A stretch of DNA of 64,000 bases. Source: Eledone cirrhosa. Lineage: Eukaryota. Below, piece after piece: positions 26,515 to 40,233 of the stretch; the stretch's first letter is position 1, and every line of letters begins with the position of its first letter. The stretch lies in contig OZ024741.1 in NCBI GenBank assembly GCA_964016885.1, positions 95,604,001 to 95,668,000 of the forward strand. The letters are read 5' to 3'. The position numbers and the translations under genes are program-made. The notes under the pieces are model-generated. The model worked only from the letters and a program-made list of their open reading frames with translations, was not told where the DNA came from and made no database searches.

Positions 26515-27161
26515 TAAATAGGGTTGCACACTTTTTTCGGGGGTGTGTGCGACCCCCCAAGGCGCCTCCTCTCTATTGAGGATTTTGTTAAAAATTTTAT
26601 TTTTTGTTATATCTTATTTTATTTTTATATTTTGTTATTGCCTCCTCCTTATTGAGGACGCCTTTTTGTGTAAACTCCCCCCTTTGTACTTGTCCCACTT
26701 TTGATGCCCTAGTGGCAAATAAAAGAAACTTATCTGTGAAGTAAACCGCCAACATATCCTATCGGCCATAACTTCGGTGTACCGTATATATACATATATT
26801 GGTTGTCTTTAATAACATTTAACTTTTTGGACTATTCCCTTCTTAACCTTTTTGTTCTTTCATTCTTATTTTATGTCATTGTTTTCATTTATTTTCTTTC
26901 TTCTTTCCGTCCCGTCTTCTTTATCTATCTATTTATCTATCTATTTAGAGAGGAAGGGAGTAATTACTCTTGGTGCTCCTGGAGATGAGGGTTGTACATT
27001 TGTTTTCGGGGTGTGTACAACCCCTGTGTAACACCTCCCCTATTAGGGATTTCAATTGTTATTTGTTGTTTTATTAATAGTTTTATTTTCATATACCTGT
27101 ATGTAAACTCCCCATTTGTATTTGTCCCCTTCTTTTGTGCCCTTGTGGCTAATAAAGAAAT

Positions 27162-27200
<39 letters not shown>

Positions 27201-27640
27201 CTTTTTTTTCAAATACCACTTTGGAAGAAGAATCAGGATGGAGAGAGAGGTGCTGTACCCCAGCAAGTTTTATGAAAGGTGGGTGAAAGTGGCGAGAATG
27301 GCCCGAGTTAATGGGCCTTCTCTCTATATCAGCCTGTAGGTTGAGGAAAAGGAGGAGGAGAGGAAAGGAGTACAAACTCTTCGTACTCCTGGAGATGAGG
27401 GTTGCACATTTTTTCGGGGGTATGTGTTACCCATATGAAATGTCTCCCCATATTGGGGAAAATCGACTAATTTTTTAAATTGCATTTGTGATAATATTTT
27501 ACACGTTTTTATTGTATGTAAACTTCCCCCTTTGTATTTGTCCCCTTCTTTTGTGCCCCTGTGGCTAATAAAGAAACATCTATCTATCTATCTATCTATC
27601 TTGTCCCACTTTTGATGCCCTAGTGGCAAATAAAAGAAAT
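26515..27640 (+). mobile_element. Cluster of four Tx1-like 3'-end fragments separated by (ATCT)n
   Basis: Fragments at ~26515-26730, 26945-27162, 27200-27577 (near-identical to 6116-6490) and 27601-27640 all end in (GC/CT)AATAAA(A)GAAA followed by TATCT repeats; the first has only a single TATCT. Confidence 0.85.
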
Positions 27641-27651
27641 ATATCTATCTC

Positions 27652-27698
<47 letters not shown>

Positions 27699-27931
27699 GT
27701 GTGTCTGTCTGTCTATTTGTCTGTTTACCTGTCTGTCTGTCTATCTGTCTATCTATCTTTCCTTCTTTATCCCGTCTTTATCCCCCCCCCCTTATTTACC
27801 TACATTTCCTTCTAAAACTCTCGACATCCAAGTAACCATAGTGTGTGTGTTTTCCCCCTTAGTTCTACGTCTTCAAAACTTTAATTCCCATTTCATTTGC
27901 AGTCAACATTATTTTGTGTGAGCTCGATGGT

Positions 27932-27970
<39 letters not shown>

Positions 27971-28040
27971 TTCTATTGCCACCACGACCATGACCAAAAT
28001 AACTACTAATACCACCACTACTACCACCACGACCACCACC

Positions 28041-28104
<64 letters not shown>

Positions 28105-29245
28105 TACAACTTCTGAAACCCAAAAGGGAAAATTAACAAAAAATACTGGAACTATCAGCAACAGCAGCAGCAGCAGCAGCAGCAACACCACCACCACCGA
28201 CACCACCACCACCACCACCAACACTACCACCACTATCACCCCACCAACACTACCACCGCCACCATCACCACAACCACCACCACCCCATGACCACTATCAC
28301 CCCACCACCACTACCACCGCCACCATCACCACAACCACCACCACCACCACAACCACCATGACGACGACCACCACCACCACCGCCACCACCATGACGACCA
28401 CCACCACCACCACCAACGACTACAACAACAACGCTTATGGTGTATTAATTCAGGCAGGTTAATATGACTTGTATTTTATTTTATCGAATCCTCGAAAAAT
28501 TAAAAGACAAAGTTGACCTTGGCTGGATTTGAACTCAATGTCAACAACCAATACCCCTCCCCCCTCTCTGTCTCTTTTATTTCACTATCTAACTTTAATT
28601 CATCCAAAACTTCACATAACACTATTTGATCGCTATTCCCGGGTGGTGTGTGTGGCGGTGGGGGTATGTGGAGGTGGCATAAATCTAAATATGTTGGCTT
28701 TGATTCCTCTTATAGCAGACGACAACGACGAATCAAACTAACTGAATCATTAAGATAAATTAAATCACCAAAAACGCCTTGCTTAATTCCATTCCAAAAG
28801 TCAGCCTGTTTATTATTCATTCATTACAACCTACTGGGGCTAAATCTAGTAATCATCCATCACAACGCAAGACATCACCATCCCGTTTCCGCCGCCACCA
28901 CCACCATCACCATCACCTCACCATCGCTATTTCCGCCGTCGCCGCCTCCACCACCGCCGTCACCGCCACTGCCACTGCCACCACACCGTCACTATCACCG
29001 CCGCCTCCACCACTGCCATCCCACCACCGCCGCTATCATAGCCACCACGACCGCCACCACTACCACCACCACCACCACCACCACCACCACCAACACCACC
29101 ACTACCACCACCACCACCACCACCACCACCACCACCAACACCACCACCACCACCGATGCCGCCGTCACCACCACCACCGTTGCCATCACCGCCGCCATCG
29201 CTACCGCCAACGCCACCGCTACCATCGCCACCACCACTACCACCG

Positions 29246-29281
<36 letters not shown>

Positions 29282-29600
29282 GAACGGCGCACTATCCAAC
29301 AATGCAACACAATACATTTCAGACACATGTTGCCCTCCCCCCAACCGTCACTTCCCACCCAACATCCCGCTCGTCCTCAACAAGCATTTTGAATACAAAA
29401 TTAACAGTTCTGTTGCCATTTTTGTTGAAAACACGCTGCAACCATTCGTTGCGACCTCGCCGACATCGCTGACTTCCAATAATAAATAGACATATACATA
29501 TACATATACATAGACATATACATATATATGCATTTATGTATATAATATACAAACACGCCCTCTACGATGTATAGAATAGGATGTATCTTGGGCATTACAG

Positions 29601-29657
29601 ACTCGTGATCTCTATTCAACAACTGTCTGCAGCACAAGCAATCCAACAGATTGCAAG
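29601..29657 (+). CDS. Candidate internal exon of an unidentified host gene (TRDLYSTTVCSTSNPTDCK)
   Basis: cattacag| acceptor, AAG|gtttt donor (weak), phase 0-0, an island of complex sequence among repeats. Confidence 0.45.
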
Positions 29658-29676
29658 GTTTTGTAAGGTGTCGGCT

Positions 29677-32600
29677 GGTAGTGATGGTAGTGGTGGTAGT
29701 GATGGTAGTGGTGGTGGTAGTGGTGGTGGTAGTGATGGTAGTGGTGGTAGTGATGGTAGTGGTGGTGGTAGTGGTGGTGGTAGTGATGGTAGTGGTGGTG
29801 GTAGTGGTGGTGGTAGTGATGGTAGTGGTGGTAGTGATGGTAGTGGTGGTAGTGGTGGTAGTGATGGTAGTAGTGGTGGTAGTGGTGGTAGTGGTGGTGG
29901 TAGTGATGGTAGTAGTGGTGGTAGTGGTGGTAGTGGTGGTGGTAGTGGTGGTGGTAGTGATGGTAGTAGTGGTGGTAGTGGTGGTAGTGATGGTAGTAGT
30001 GGTGGTAGTGGTGGTAGTGGTGGTGGTAGTGATGGTGGTAGTGATGGTAGTGGTGGTAGTGATGGTAGTGGTGGTGGTAGTGGTGGTGGTAGTGATGGTA
30101 GTGGTGGTAGTGATGGTAGTGGTGGTAGTGGTGGTAGTGATGGTAGTAGTGGTGGTAGTGGTGGTAGTGGTGGTGGTAGTGGTGGTAGTGATGGTAGTGG
30201 TGGTAGTGGTGGTAGTGATGGTAGTGGTGGTGGTAGTGGTGGTGGTAGTGATGGTAGTAGTGGTAGTGGTGGTGGTAGTGGTGGTAGTGATGGTAGTGAT
30301 GGTAGTGGTGGTGGTAGTGATGGTAGTAGTGGTAGTGGTGGTGGTAGTGGTGGTAGTGGTGGTAGTGATGGTAGTAGTGGTGGTAGTGGTGGTAGTGGTG
30401 GTGGTAGTGATGGTGGTAGTGGTGGTAGTGATGGTAGTGGTGGTGGTAGTGGTGGTAGTGGTGGTGGTAGTGATGGTAGTAGTGGTAGTAGTGGTGGCAG
30501 TGATGGTAGTGATGGTAGTGATGGTAGTGGTGGTGGTAGTGATGGTAGTAGTGGTAGTGGTGGTGGTAGTGGTGGTAGTGGTGGATCGATGGTAGTGGTG
30601 GTAGTGATGGTAGTGGTGGTGGTAGTGGTGGTAGTAGTGGTGGTAGTGATGGTGGTAGTGGTGGTAGTGATGGTAGTGGTGGTGGTAGTGGTGGTAGTGG
30701 TGGTAGTAGTGGTGGTAGTGGTGGTGGTAGTGATGGTAGTGGTGGTGGTAGTGGTGGTAGTGGTGGTAGTGATGGTAGTAGTGGTGGTAGTGGTGGTAGT
30801 GGTGGTGGTAGTGATGGTAGTGGTGGTGGTAGTGATGGTAGTGGTGGTGGTAGTGGTGGTAGTGATGGTAGTGATGGTAGTGGTGGTGGTAGTGGTGGTA
30901 GTGGTGGTGGTAGTGGTGGTGGTAGTGATGGTAGTATTGGTGGTAGTGGTGGTAATGGTGGTAGTGGTGGTGGTATTGGTGGTGGTAGTGGTAGTGATGG
31001 TAGTGGTGGTGGTAGTGATGGTAGTGGTGGTGGTAGTGATGGTAGTGGTGGTAGTGATGGTAGTGGTGGTGGTAGTGGTGGTAGTGGTGGTGGTAGTGAT
31101 GGTGGTAGTGGTGGTAGTGATGGTAGTGGTGGTGGTAGTGGTGGTAGTGGTGGTAGTGGTGGTAGTGATGGTAGTAGTGGTGGTAGTGGTGGTAGTGGTG
31201 GTGGTAGTGATGGTGGTAGTGGTGGTAGTGATGGTAGTAGTGGTTGTGGTGGTGGTAGTGGTGGTAGTGGTGGATCGATGGTAGTGGTGGTAGTGATGGT
31301 AGTGGTGGTGGTAGTGGTGGTAGTAGTGGTGGTAGTGATGGTGGTAGTGGTGGTAGTGATGGTAGTGGTGGTGGTAGTGGTGGTAGTGGTGGTAGTAGTG
31401 GTGGTAGTGGTGGTGGTAGTGATGGTAGTGGTGGTGGTAGTGGTGGTAGTGGTGGTAGTGATGGTAGTGGTGGTAGTGGTGGTGGTAGTGATGGTAGTGG
31501 TGGTGGTAGTGATGGTAGTAGTGGTAGTGGGGTGGTAGTGGTGGTAGTGGTGGTAGTGATGGTAGTAGTGGTGGTAGTGGTGGTAGTGGTGGTGGTAGTG
31601 ATGGTGGTAGTGGTGGTAGTGATGGTAGTGGTGGTGGTAGTGGTGGTGTGGTGGTAGTGGTGGTGGTAGTGATGGTAGTAGTGGTAGTAGTTGTGGCAGT
31701 GATGGTAGTGATGGTAGTGATGGTAGTGGTGGTGGTAGTGATGGTAGTAGTGGTAGTGGTGGTGGTAGTGGTGGTAGTGGTGGATCGATGGTAGTGGTGG
31801 TAGTGATGGTAGTGGTGGTGGTAGTGGTGGTAGTGATGGTGGTAGTGGTGGTAGTGATGGTAGTGGTGGTGGTAGTGGTGGTAGTGGTGGTAGTAGTGGT
31901 GGTAGTGGTGGTGGTAGTGATGGTAGTGGTGGTGGTAGTGGTGGTAGTGGTGGTAGTGATGGTAGTAGTGGTGGTACTGGTGGTAGTGGTGGTGGTAGTG
32001 ATGGTAGTGGTGGTGGTAGTGATGGTAGTGGTGGTGGTAGTGGTGGTAGTGATGGTAGAGATGGTAGTGGTGGTGGTAGTGGTGGTAATGGTGGTAGTGG
32101 TGGTGGTAGTGGTGGTGGTAGTGATGGTAGTAGTGGTAGTGGTGGTGGTAGTGGTGGTAGTGGTGGTAGTGATGGTAGTAGTGGTGGTAGTGGTGGTAGT
32201 GGTGGTGGTAGTGATGGTGGTAGTGGTGGTAGTGATGGTAGTGGTGGTGGTAGTGGTGGTAGTGGTGGTAGTGGTGGTGGTAGTGATGGTAGTAGTGGTA
32301 GTAGTGGTGGCAGTGATGGTAGTGATGGTAGTGATGGTAGTGGTGGTGGTAGTGATGGTAGTAGTGGTAGTGGTGGTGGTAGTGGTGGTAGTGGTGGATC
32401 GATGGTAGTGGTGGTAGTGATGGTAGTGGTGGTGGTAGTGGTGGTAGTAGTGGTGGTAGTGATGGTGGTAGTGGTGGTAGTGATGGTAGTGGTGGTGGTA
32501 GTGGTGGTAGTGGTGGTAGTAGTGGTGGTAGTGATGGTAGTAGTGGTGGTAGTGATGGTAGTGGTGGTGGTAGTGATGGTAGTGGTGGTGGTAGTGGTGG

Positions 32601-34950
32601 TAGTGGTGGTGGTAGTGGTGGTAGTGGTGGTAGTGATGGTAGTGATGGTAGTGATGGTAGTAGTGGTGGTAGTGGTGGTAGTGGTGGTGGTAGTGGGGAT
32701 AGTGATGGTAGTAGTGGTGGTAGTGGTGGTGGTAGTGGTGGTGGTAGTGGTGGTAGTGATGGTAGTGGTGGTGGTAGTGATGGTAGTGGTGGTGGTAGTG
32801 ATGGTAGTGGTGGTGGTAGTGGTGGTAGTGGTGGTGGTAGTGATGGTAGTGGTGGTGGTAGTGATGGTAGTGGTGGTAGTGATGGTAATAGTGGTGGTAG
32901 TGATGGTAGTAGTGGTGGTAGTGATGGTAGTGGTGGTGGTAGTGATGGTAGTGGTGGTGGTAGTGATGGTAGTGGTGGTGGTAGTGGTGGTAGTGGTGGT
33001 AGTGATGGTAGCATTGGTGGTAGTGATGGTAGTGGTGGTGGTAGTGGTGGTAGTGGTGGTAGTGATGGTAGTGGTGTGGTAGTGATGGTAGTGGTGGTGG
33101 TAGTGATGGTAGTGGTGGTAGTGATGGTAGTGGTGGTAGTGATGGTAGTGGTGGTGGTAGTGATGGTAGTGGTGGTGGTAGTGATGGTAGTGGTGGTAAT
33201 GGTGGTGGTAGTGATGGTAGTGGTGGTAGTGATGGTAGTGGTGGTGGTAGTGATGGTAGTGGTGGTGGTAGTGATGGTAGTGGTGGTGGTAGTGATGGTA
33301 GTGGTGGTGGTGGTGATGGTAGTGGTGGTGGTAGTGATGGTAGTGGTGGTAGTGATGGTAGTAGTGGTGGTAGTGATGGTAGTGGTGGAAGTTGAACATT
33401 TAGTTGAGAAGCTGGTTTTTCATGATGATGTTCGTGATGGAAGTAGAAAACTTGGTTGTAGTGGTGGTGGTTGGTGGTGTTGGTAGTAGTAGTGGTGGTA
33501 GTGGTGGTGTTGGTAGTAGTAGTGGTGGTTGGTGGTGTTGGTAGTAGTGGTGGTGGTTGGTGGTGTTGGTAGTTGTGGTGGTGGTTGGTGGTGTTGGTAG
33601 TAGTGGTGGTAGTGGTGGTGTTGGTAGTAGTAGTGGTGGTTGGTGGTGTTGGTAGTAGTGATGGTGGTTGGTGGTGTTGGTAGTAGTAGTGGTGGTTGGT
33701 GGTGTTGGTAGTAGTGGTGGTGGTTGGTGGTGTTGGTAGTAGTGGTGGTGGTTGGTGGTGTTGGTAGTAGTGGTGGTGGTTGGTGGTGTTGGTAGTAGTG
33801 GTGGTGGTTGGTGGTGTTGGTAGTAGTGGTGGTAGTGGTGGTGTTGGTAGTAGTAGTGGTGGTTGGTGGTGTTGGTAGTAGTGGTGGTGGTTGGTGGTGT
33901 TGGTAGTAGTGGTGGTGGTTGGTTGGTAGTAGTGGTGGTGGTTGGTGGTGTTGGTAGTAGTGGTGGTAGTGGTGGTGTTGGTAGTAGTAGTGGTGGTTGG
34001 TGGTGTTGGTAGTAGTGGTGGTGGTTGGTGGTGTTGGTAGTAGTGGTGGTAGTGGTGGTGTTGGTAGTAGTGGTGGTAGTGGTGGTGGTAGTAGTGGTGG
34101 TTAGTGGTGTTGGTAGTTAGTAGTGGTGGTAGTGGTGGTAGTTAGTGGTGGTTAGTGGTGATGGTAGTAGTGGTGGTAGTGGTGATGGTAGTAGTGGTGG
34201 TAGTGGTGGTAGTGGTGGTAGTTAGTGGTGGTTAGTGGTGGTGGTAGTTAGTGGTGGTAGTGGTGGTAGTTAGTGGTGGTTAGTGGTGGTGGTAGTGGTG
34301 GTAGTTAGTGGTGGTTAGTGGTGGTGGTAGTTAGTGGTGGTAGTGGTGGTAGTTAGTGGTGGTTAGTGGTGGTGGTAGTTAGTGGTGGTAGTGGTGGTAG
34401 TTAGTGGTGGTTTGTGGTGATGGTAGTAGTGGTGGTTAGTAGTGATGGTAGTAGTGGTGGTAGTGGTGATGGTAGTAGTGGTGGTTAGTAGTGATGGTAG
34501 TAGTGGTCGTAGTGGTGATGGTAGTAGTGGTGGTAGTTAGTGGTGGTAGTAGTGATGGTAGTAGTGGTAGTAGTGGTGGAACTTAGTGGTAGTTAGCGGT
34601 GATGGTAGTAGTGGTGGTAGTGGTGGTAGTTAGTGGTGGTAGTAGTGATGGTAGTAGTGGTGGTAGTGGTGGTAGTTAGTGGTGGTAGTAGTGATGGTAG
34701 TAGTGGTAGTAGTGGTGGAAGTTAGTGGTGGTTAGCGGTGATGGTAGTAGTGGTAGTAGTGGTGGAACTTAGTGGTGGTTAGCGGTGATGGTAGTAGTGG
34801 TGGTAGTGGTGGAACTTAGTGGTGGTTAGCGGTGATGGTAGTAGTGGTGGTTAGCGGTGATGGTAGTAGTGGTGGTTAGCGGTGATGGTAGTAGTGGTAG
34901 TAGTGGTGGAAGTTAGTGGTGGTTAGCGGTGATGGTAGTAGTGGTAGTAG
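29677..34950. repeat. ~5.3 kb degenerate (GGT/AGT/GAT)n satellite with 0.5-0.7 kb internal duplications
   Basis: The marker GGATCGATGG recurs at ~30583, 31272, 31782 and 32396. The unit changes to GGTGGTGTTGGTAGTAGT... after ~33470. Confidence 0.95.
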
Positions 34951-35069
34951 AAAATTTGGTGGGGAAGGTGGTGGTTGGAGGTGATAGTAGTGTTGGAAGA
35001 ACATTTAATTGAGAAGGTGGCGGCGGTTAATGCTAGGACCAAACGTCTACTACTTACTTTTCATTACAG

Positions 35070-35114
35070 ATCCGAAATGGAAGCATAGGAGATATATTCG
35101 CCAGAATGGCTCAA
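35070..35114 (+). CDS. Candidate exon (IRNGSIGDIFARMAQ)
   Basis: Strong acceptor tacttttcattacag|, donor CAA|gtaatt, 45 nt, phase 0-0. Confidence 0.6.
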
Positions 35115-35388
35115 GTAATTTTCATTGAAACACAATGTTTGCCTTGGTAATTTGTTGCCAAGAAATATGGGGAGTGTGGCGTGTATGAATTCCTGTGTTC
35201 TTGTCGAATATATGTCTGTGCGTGTATGTGATACGTATAGCTATGCTTCTGTACGGGTGTGATGTGTGTTTTGTGTGCTCCTTTTTGTATATAAGGTGAT
35301 TATGAAATGTATGTATATAATGCAGTCGTTCGTGCAAGCGCTTAATTGTATGTTTGTGTGTGTATTTAACTTTGTGTGCGTATGTGAC

Positions 35389-35442
<54 letters not shown>

Positions 35443-36073
35443 GAGTTTTTGTGCTGTATGGTGGCTACACACTTACACACGATGTATAACTAAGCAAATG
35501 CAATACATATGTGTTTGCGAAGGCCCCGTTAGCGTACAGTAATGTGCGCGTGTCCAATTACACACTTATATATATGTGTATGTGAGCTTTGTATGTGTAT
35601 TTGTACTTGGCTATCATCGTGGTGTAGTGTGTTTGTGTATATATGTGCTACCCAATCATGACTGCTTATGTGTGTGTATGCCTTTATTTGTATGGGCTTA
35701 TGTATTTTCTATTTAAGTGTGTGTTGATGTGAATGTTTGGTTTTGTATGTGTATGTGTGAATATATTTCAATTCGTGTGCGTTGTGGGGATTTGTGTGTG
35801 TATTAAGGAAGTGTTTAAGTGTTTCCGTGTATCGGTGTGACCGTGTATGTATGCATGTGAGTGTGTGTATGAGTGTATGCATATGAGTGTGTGTATGAGT
35901 GTATATGAGTGTGTGTGTGTGTGTGTGTGAGTTTGTGAGTGTATGGTCATACAGGTAGCTGCGAAAATGTGTGTGTGCGTGTGAACAAGTGTGAATGTGA
36001 GTGAGTATGAGTGCTTCTGTGTATACACGTTTGTGTGTGTTATTTAAATCAATATGAAGATTAGCTGCTTCAG

Positions 36074-36126
36074 GTAACCTGTCAAAGAGGAAGTGGTGCG
36101 GGAATCAATATGGTGGCGATTGGATG
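36074..36126 (+). CDS. Candidate exon (VTCQRGSGAGINMVAIG-W)
   Basis: ctgcttcag| acceptor, TG|gtaaaa donor, phase 0-2; it joins the next exon to form TGG. Confidence 0.55.
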
Positions 36127-36334
36127 GTAAAAATAGAGCCAAAATGGAATTTGAATTTTTCCTATAGAAAACCTTATAGAAACACAACAACCTTAGAAAT
36201 TCGGTTGCCAAGCCAACAGAAATACACGTACTCATCCATGCACACTTACCCACGCATACGCATGCACAATCATGCGTGCATAAGCGCACGTACGCATATA
36301 TAATCACACACTCACACACATACACGCACACACA

Positions 36335-36400
<66 letters not shown>

Positions 36401-36489
36401 AACATGCACACTCAACACGTGTTTATCCCGATTTGCTGCGTAGACGACATATGCCCATTTATATATGCAAGTGTGTGTATATGTGTATG

Positions 36490-36582
<93 letters not shown>

Positions 36583-36716
36583 GTACACACATATATATAT
36601 GTACACACATATTCATATATGAATGTATATATACACTTACATTTGAATATATATATATACATACATACACACATATATATATCTATATATACATATATAT
36701 AATAATAATAATAATA

Positions 36717-36748
<32 letters not shown>

Positions 36749-37004
36749 ATGTGAAGACTAAAATCCAAAGAGGGCTGGATAATGATAAATATATATCAAA
36801 TATATAAGAAAATCCAGTTAAGGGTGAAAGGAGCGATTCTTTGCTTAAACTTTAATCTGTTATTTTAATTTAAAAAAAACAACATATATAGACATGTATG
36901 TGTGCGTGTATGTGTGTGTGTATGTATGTTTGTGTGTGTATTTGTGCGTTTGTGTGTGCACACTCGTGTTATATATAATAATAATAATATATATATATAT
37001 ATAT

Positions 37005-37754
37005 ATATTAAGACAGGGGGGAAGAAAAAAATGGCTTCACTTGTGCTTTCAACAAATTTATTTTCTTCACAAAATCCAAAAATAATTTTTTTCCGGATTA
37101 GAAAAAATAAAAAAAAATAAAAAATTTTATAATTTGAGTCGTTGGTTGTTGGTTAGGTCTTAGGAGTTCTTGGTTAACGTAGGAGGTATTGTTTCGTTTT
37201 TAGAAAGACCTTTCACGCTGAGGTGCGCTTGTCAAACTGATGTGTATGTGGTGTGTTGTTCTATATATAGGGATTTAACATGTTTGTGGTGCGGTGGGTT
37301 TTTTTTTCTCCCCCTTTAATAAGTGTAGGGGTGTAGGTGTGTTGAAAAAATGTTAATAGCAGTAATGAGTTGAGACAGTGAGTAGTGGGGAGAAATGTAG
37401 CAAGCGCGGCCTGCCCCGGTCATTCTCGAAAAATTCCTTTATTCAGGGGAAAAAGCTTTTAGTATTCCTTTGTATAGAAAATGGTCATAGGCAAACCGCA
37501 CCTGCCAAGCTTGTAAACAATTATTTTTTTCTGAAGAATTTTTCTACGTCCATCCCAAAATTAGTCCTTTGTTCAACACACACATATGTGCGTATATACG
37601 TACATACACACACGGGCATATGTAGAAATATATAGGCACACACCATCAATTACACACCCATGTACATATACATCCACATACATACATAAAAACATATAAA
37701 GACACATAAAAACACATATACACACACGAATATGTACTCATACCTCCACATGGG

Positions 37755-37787
<33 letters not shown>

Positions 37788-37967
37788 AACCACATAAAGA
37801 TACATAACTAAATATATATATATACACATACACACACACATACACACACACACGTGTACACACACACACACACACACATATACATATGTCCGTATATATA
37901 CATCCGTTCACACATACATGCATACACACACACACACATACACACATATATATATATATAGAGGCAT

Positions 37968-38002
<35 letters not shown>

Positions 38003-38003
38003 G

Positions 38004-38036
<33 letters not shown>

Positions 38037-38081
38037 AACACATACAGACACATACACACATATACACATATATACACACAC

Positions 38082-38160
<79 letters not shown>

Positions 38161-39031
38161 AACACATACATACACACATACATACATACACATACATATA
38201 CATACATATATATATATATATATATACATATACATACATATATTCATGTGTACACATAATAAGAGGGGGGGGGGGAGTAGTGAAATGGAATTTTACCTCC
38301 GAGTGTTAATTCATTTTTTCGTGTTCAGTAGTGGTTTAAATTTTTCAATGAAGAATTCTTCTTTATATCTGCGGAAATGTTCGTTATCCGACCATATCTT
38401 GAAGAAAGGGAAGATTGTGAATTTTCCCTTCCCGCATGATGCAAAGTGTGCGCTACATGTGGTATTTCTGACTGTGGGATCTTTAATTTGTTGTTTATGT
38501 ACCCGGACTCTATCATGTAGTCCCGTTCCGGTTTCCCCAATGTAATACTCTTTACACTGTGGACATGTTGCACAATATATTAGGTTTTTCGTTTTGCAGT
38601 TCATGTTTGCATTGACCTTGAAATTATCATCGTTTTTGAAGGACAACTGTTTGCCCTCTTCGATGAGTTCACAGGTTCCACACACCCCTACACTTATTAA
38701 AGGGGGAGAACCCCCCCCCCACCGCACCACAAACATGTTAAATCCCTATATATAGAACAACACACCACATACACATCAGTTTGACAAGCGCACCTCAGCG
38801 TGAAAGGTCTTTCTAAAAACGAAACAATACCTCCTACGTTAACCAAGAACTCCTAAGACCTAACCAACAACCAACGACTCAATTTAAAAAAAAAAAATTT
38901 TTTTTCTAATCCGGAAAAAAATTATTTTTGGATTTTGTGAAGAAAATAAATTTGTTGAAAGCACAAGTGAAGCCATTTTTTCTTTCCCCCTGTCTTAATA
39001 TACCTAACTGTACCAAGGATTACACACATTT

Positions 39032-39036
<5 letters not shown>
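37005..39036 (-). mobile_element. 5'-truncated Penelope-like element (Neptune-type) with inverted pLTR
   Basis: 37007-37335 is the reverse complement of 38683-39000. A GIY-YIG ORF lies between on the minus strand; the right arm has a ~34 nt tail; both ends abut (TA)n. Confidence 0.85.
38311..38682 (-). pseudogene. GIY-YIG endonuclease domain of a Penelope-like element (5'-truncated)
   Basis: CGTC...NCKTKNLIYCATCPQCKEYYIGETGTGLHDRVRVH...CSAHF...RRYKEEFFIEKFKPLLN: the IY-CxxC-YIG motif with upstream CxxC and the conserved R, H, E, N residues. Confidence 0.88.
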
Positions 39037-39068
<32 letters not shown>

Positions 39069-39071
<3 letters not shown>

Positions 39072-39226
39072 CGTTTCTGAATTTGTTTAGCAAGATTCTT
39101 TATCTGAAATCGTGTGTTGAAACCGATATTGTTATACTTTGGGAGGGTCATGTTGCCAATAAGAAACACACGCACCAGTCACTGGTGCGTGTGTTTCTTA
39201 TTGGCAACATGACCCTCCCAAAGTAT

Positions 39227-39234
<8 letters not shown>
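39069..39234. mobile_element. Short fold-back copy of the 57940-58510 element end
   Basis: Perfect 54-bp arms around C39180; the left side carries the ~57-nt tail matching 58454-58510; (TA)n on both flanks. Confidence 0.85.
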
Positions 39235-39265
<31 letters not shown>

Positions 39266-39267
<2 letters not shown>

Positions 39268-40187
39268 AATGAAAAATAGAGCAAGAAACAGGACTGTCCA
39301 TCATCAGTGATCTTCTGACTATCATCGGTATTTCTTCGCATTAAAGACCAGATAACTCAAAGTCAGTGCGAGCAATAACTAAAATAAGCTATTGGGACAC
39401 AAAGAATGGGTGGAGAAATAGAGACAGAAACAAACAAAAATGGTAATGCAACGTAAAGAGAGGAAATTGAGAAAACAAGTCAATGATACATGTGAACTTA
39501 AGTTCTAGAAAATCAATGACAAGAAGACGACAGACGCGTCCAAAGCCTGCGAAAGTGAGCGAGAAAAGGATTTCACACAGGTCAGACGGGAGGAAGTGAG
39601 AGGGGAGGAGTAGCAGACAGGGAGTGAGTGAAAGTATGAGGAAGAGGCCAGCCGAGAGAGTGTGACCAGTAGAGGGGGTAAATGAAAATAAGAGGTACAA
39701 GGAGAGTGAAGGGGGAGAGAGAAAGAGGATAGTAGTAAGGTGATAGAAAAAGACAGGTCGCAGCGAGGGGAAAAATTATAGGAATGAAAAATGGCGTGCT
39801 GCGTTGTTGCGAATGTGATACATATGAATCTGTGTGAAATCCTTTTCTCGCTCACTTTCGCAGGCTTTGGACGGGTCTGTCGTCTTCTTGTCATTGATTT
39901 TCTAGAACTTAAGTTCGCATGTATCATTGACTTGTTTTCTCAATTTCCTCTCTTTACGTTGCATTACCATTTTTGTTTGTTTACTGTCTCTATTTCTCCA
40001 CCCATTCTTTGTGTCCCAATAACTTATTTTAGTTATTGCTCGCACTGACTTTGAGTTATCTGGTCTTTAATGCGAAGAAATACCAATGATAGTCAGAAGA
40101 TCACTGATGATGGACAGTCCTGTTTCTTGCTCTATTTTTCATTCATATGTATCACATTCGCAACAACGCAGCACGCTATTTTTCAGT

Positions 40188-40188
<1 letters not shown>
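39266..40188. mobile_element. ~559-nt non-coding unit plus inverted partial copy in (TA)n
   Basis: 39266-39580 is the reverse complement of 39829-40146 with a few differences; 39781-39829 is the reverse complement of 40140-40188. Confidence 0.75.

Positions 40189-40233
<45 letters not shown>

Noticed and set aside
29601-29657. Resemblance of LYSTTVCSTSNPTDC to the ACE/ACE2 segment IYSTGKVCNPDNPQEC
   Set aside because: The downstream candidate exons do not continue any ACE similarity, and the match is too short to call.
38775-38815. HHR-like TTGACAA-GCGC-acctca-GCGT-GAAA-GGTC-TT in the PLE arm
   Set aside because: Multiple core mismatches and no stem I; at most a relic.
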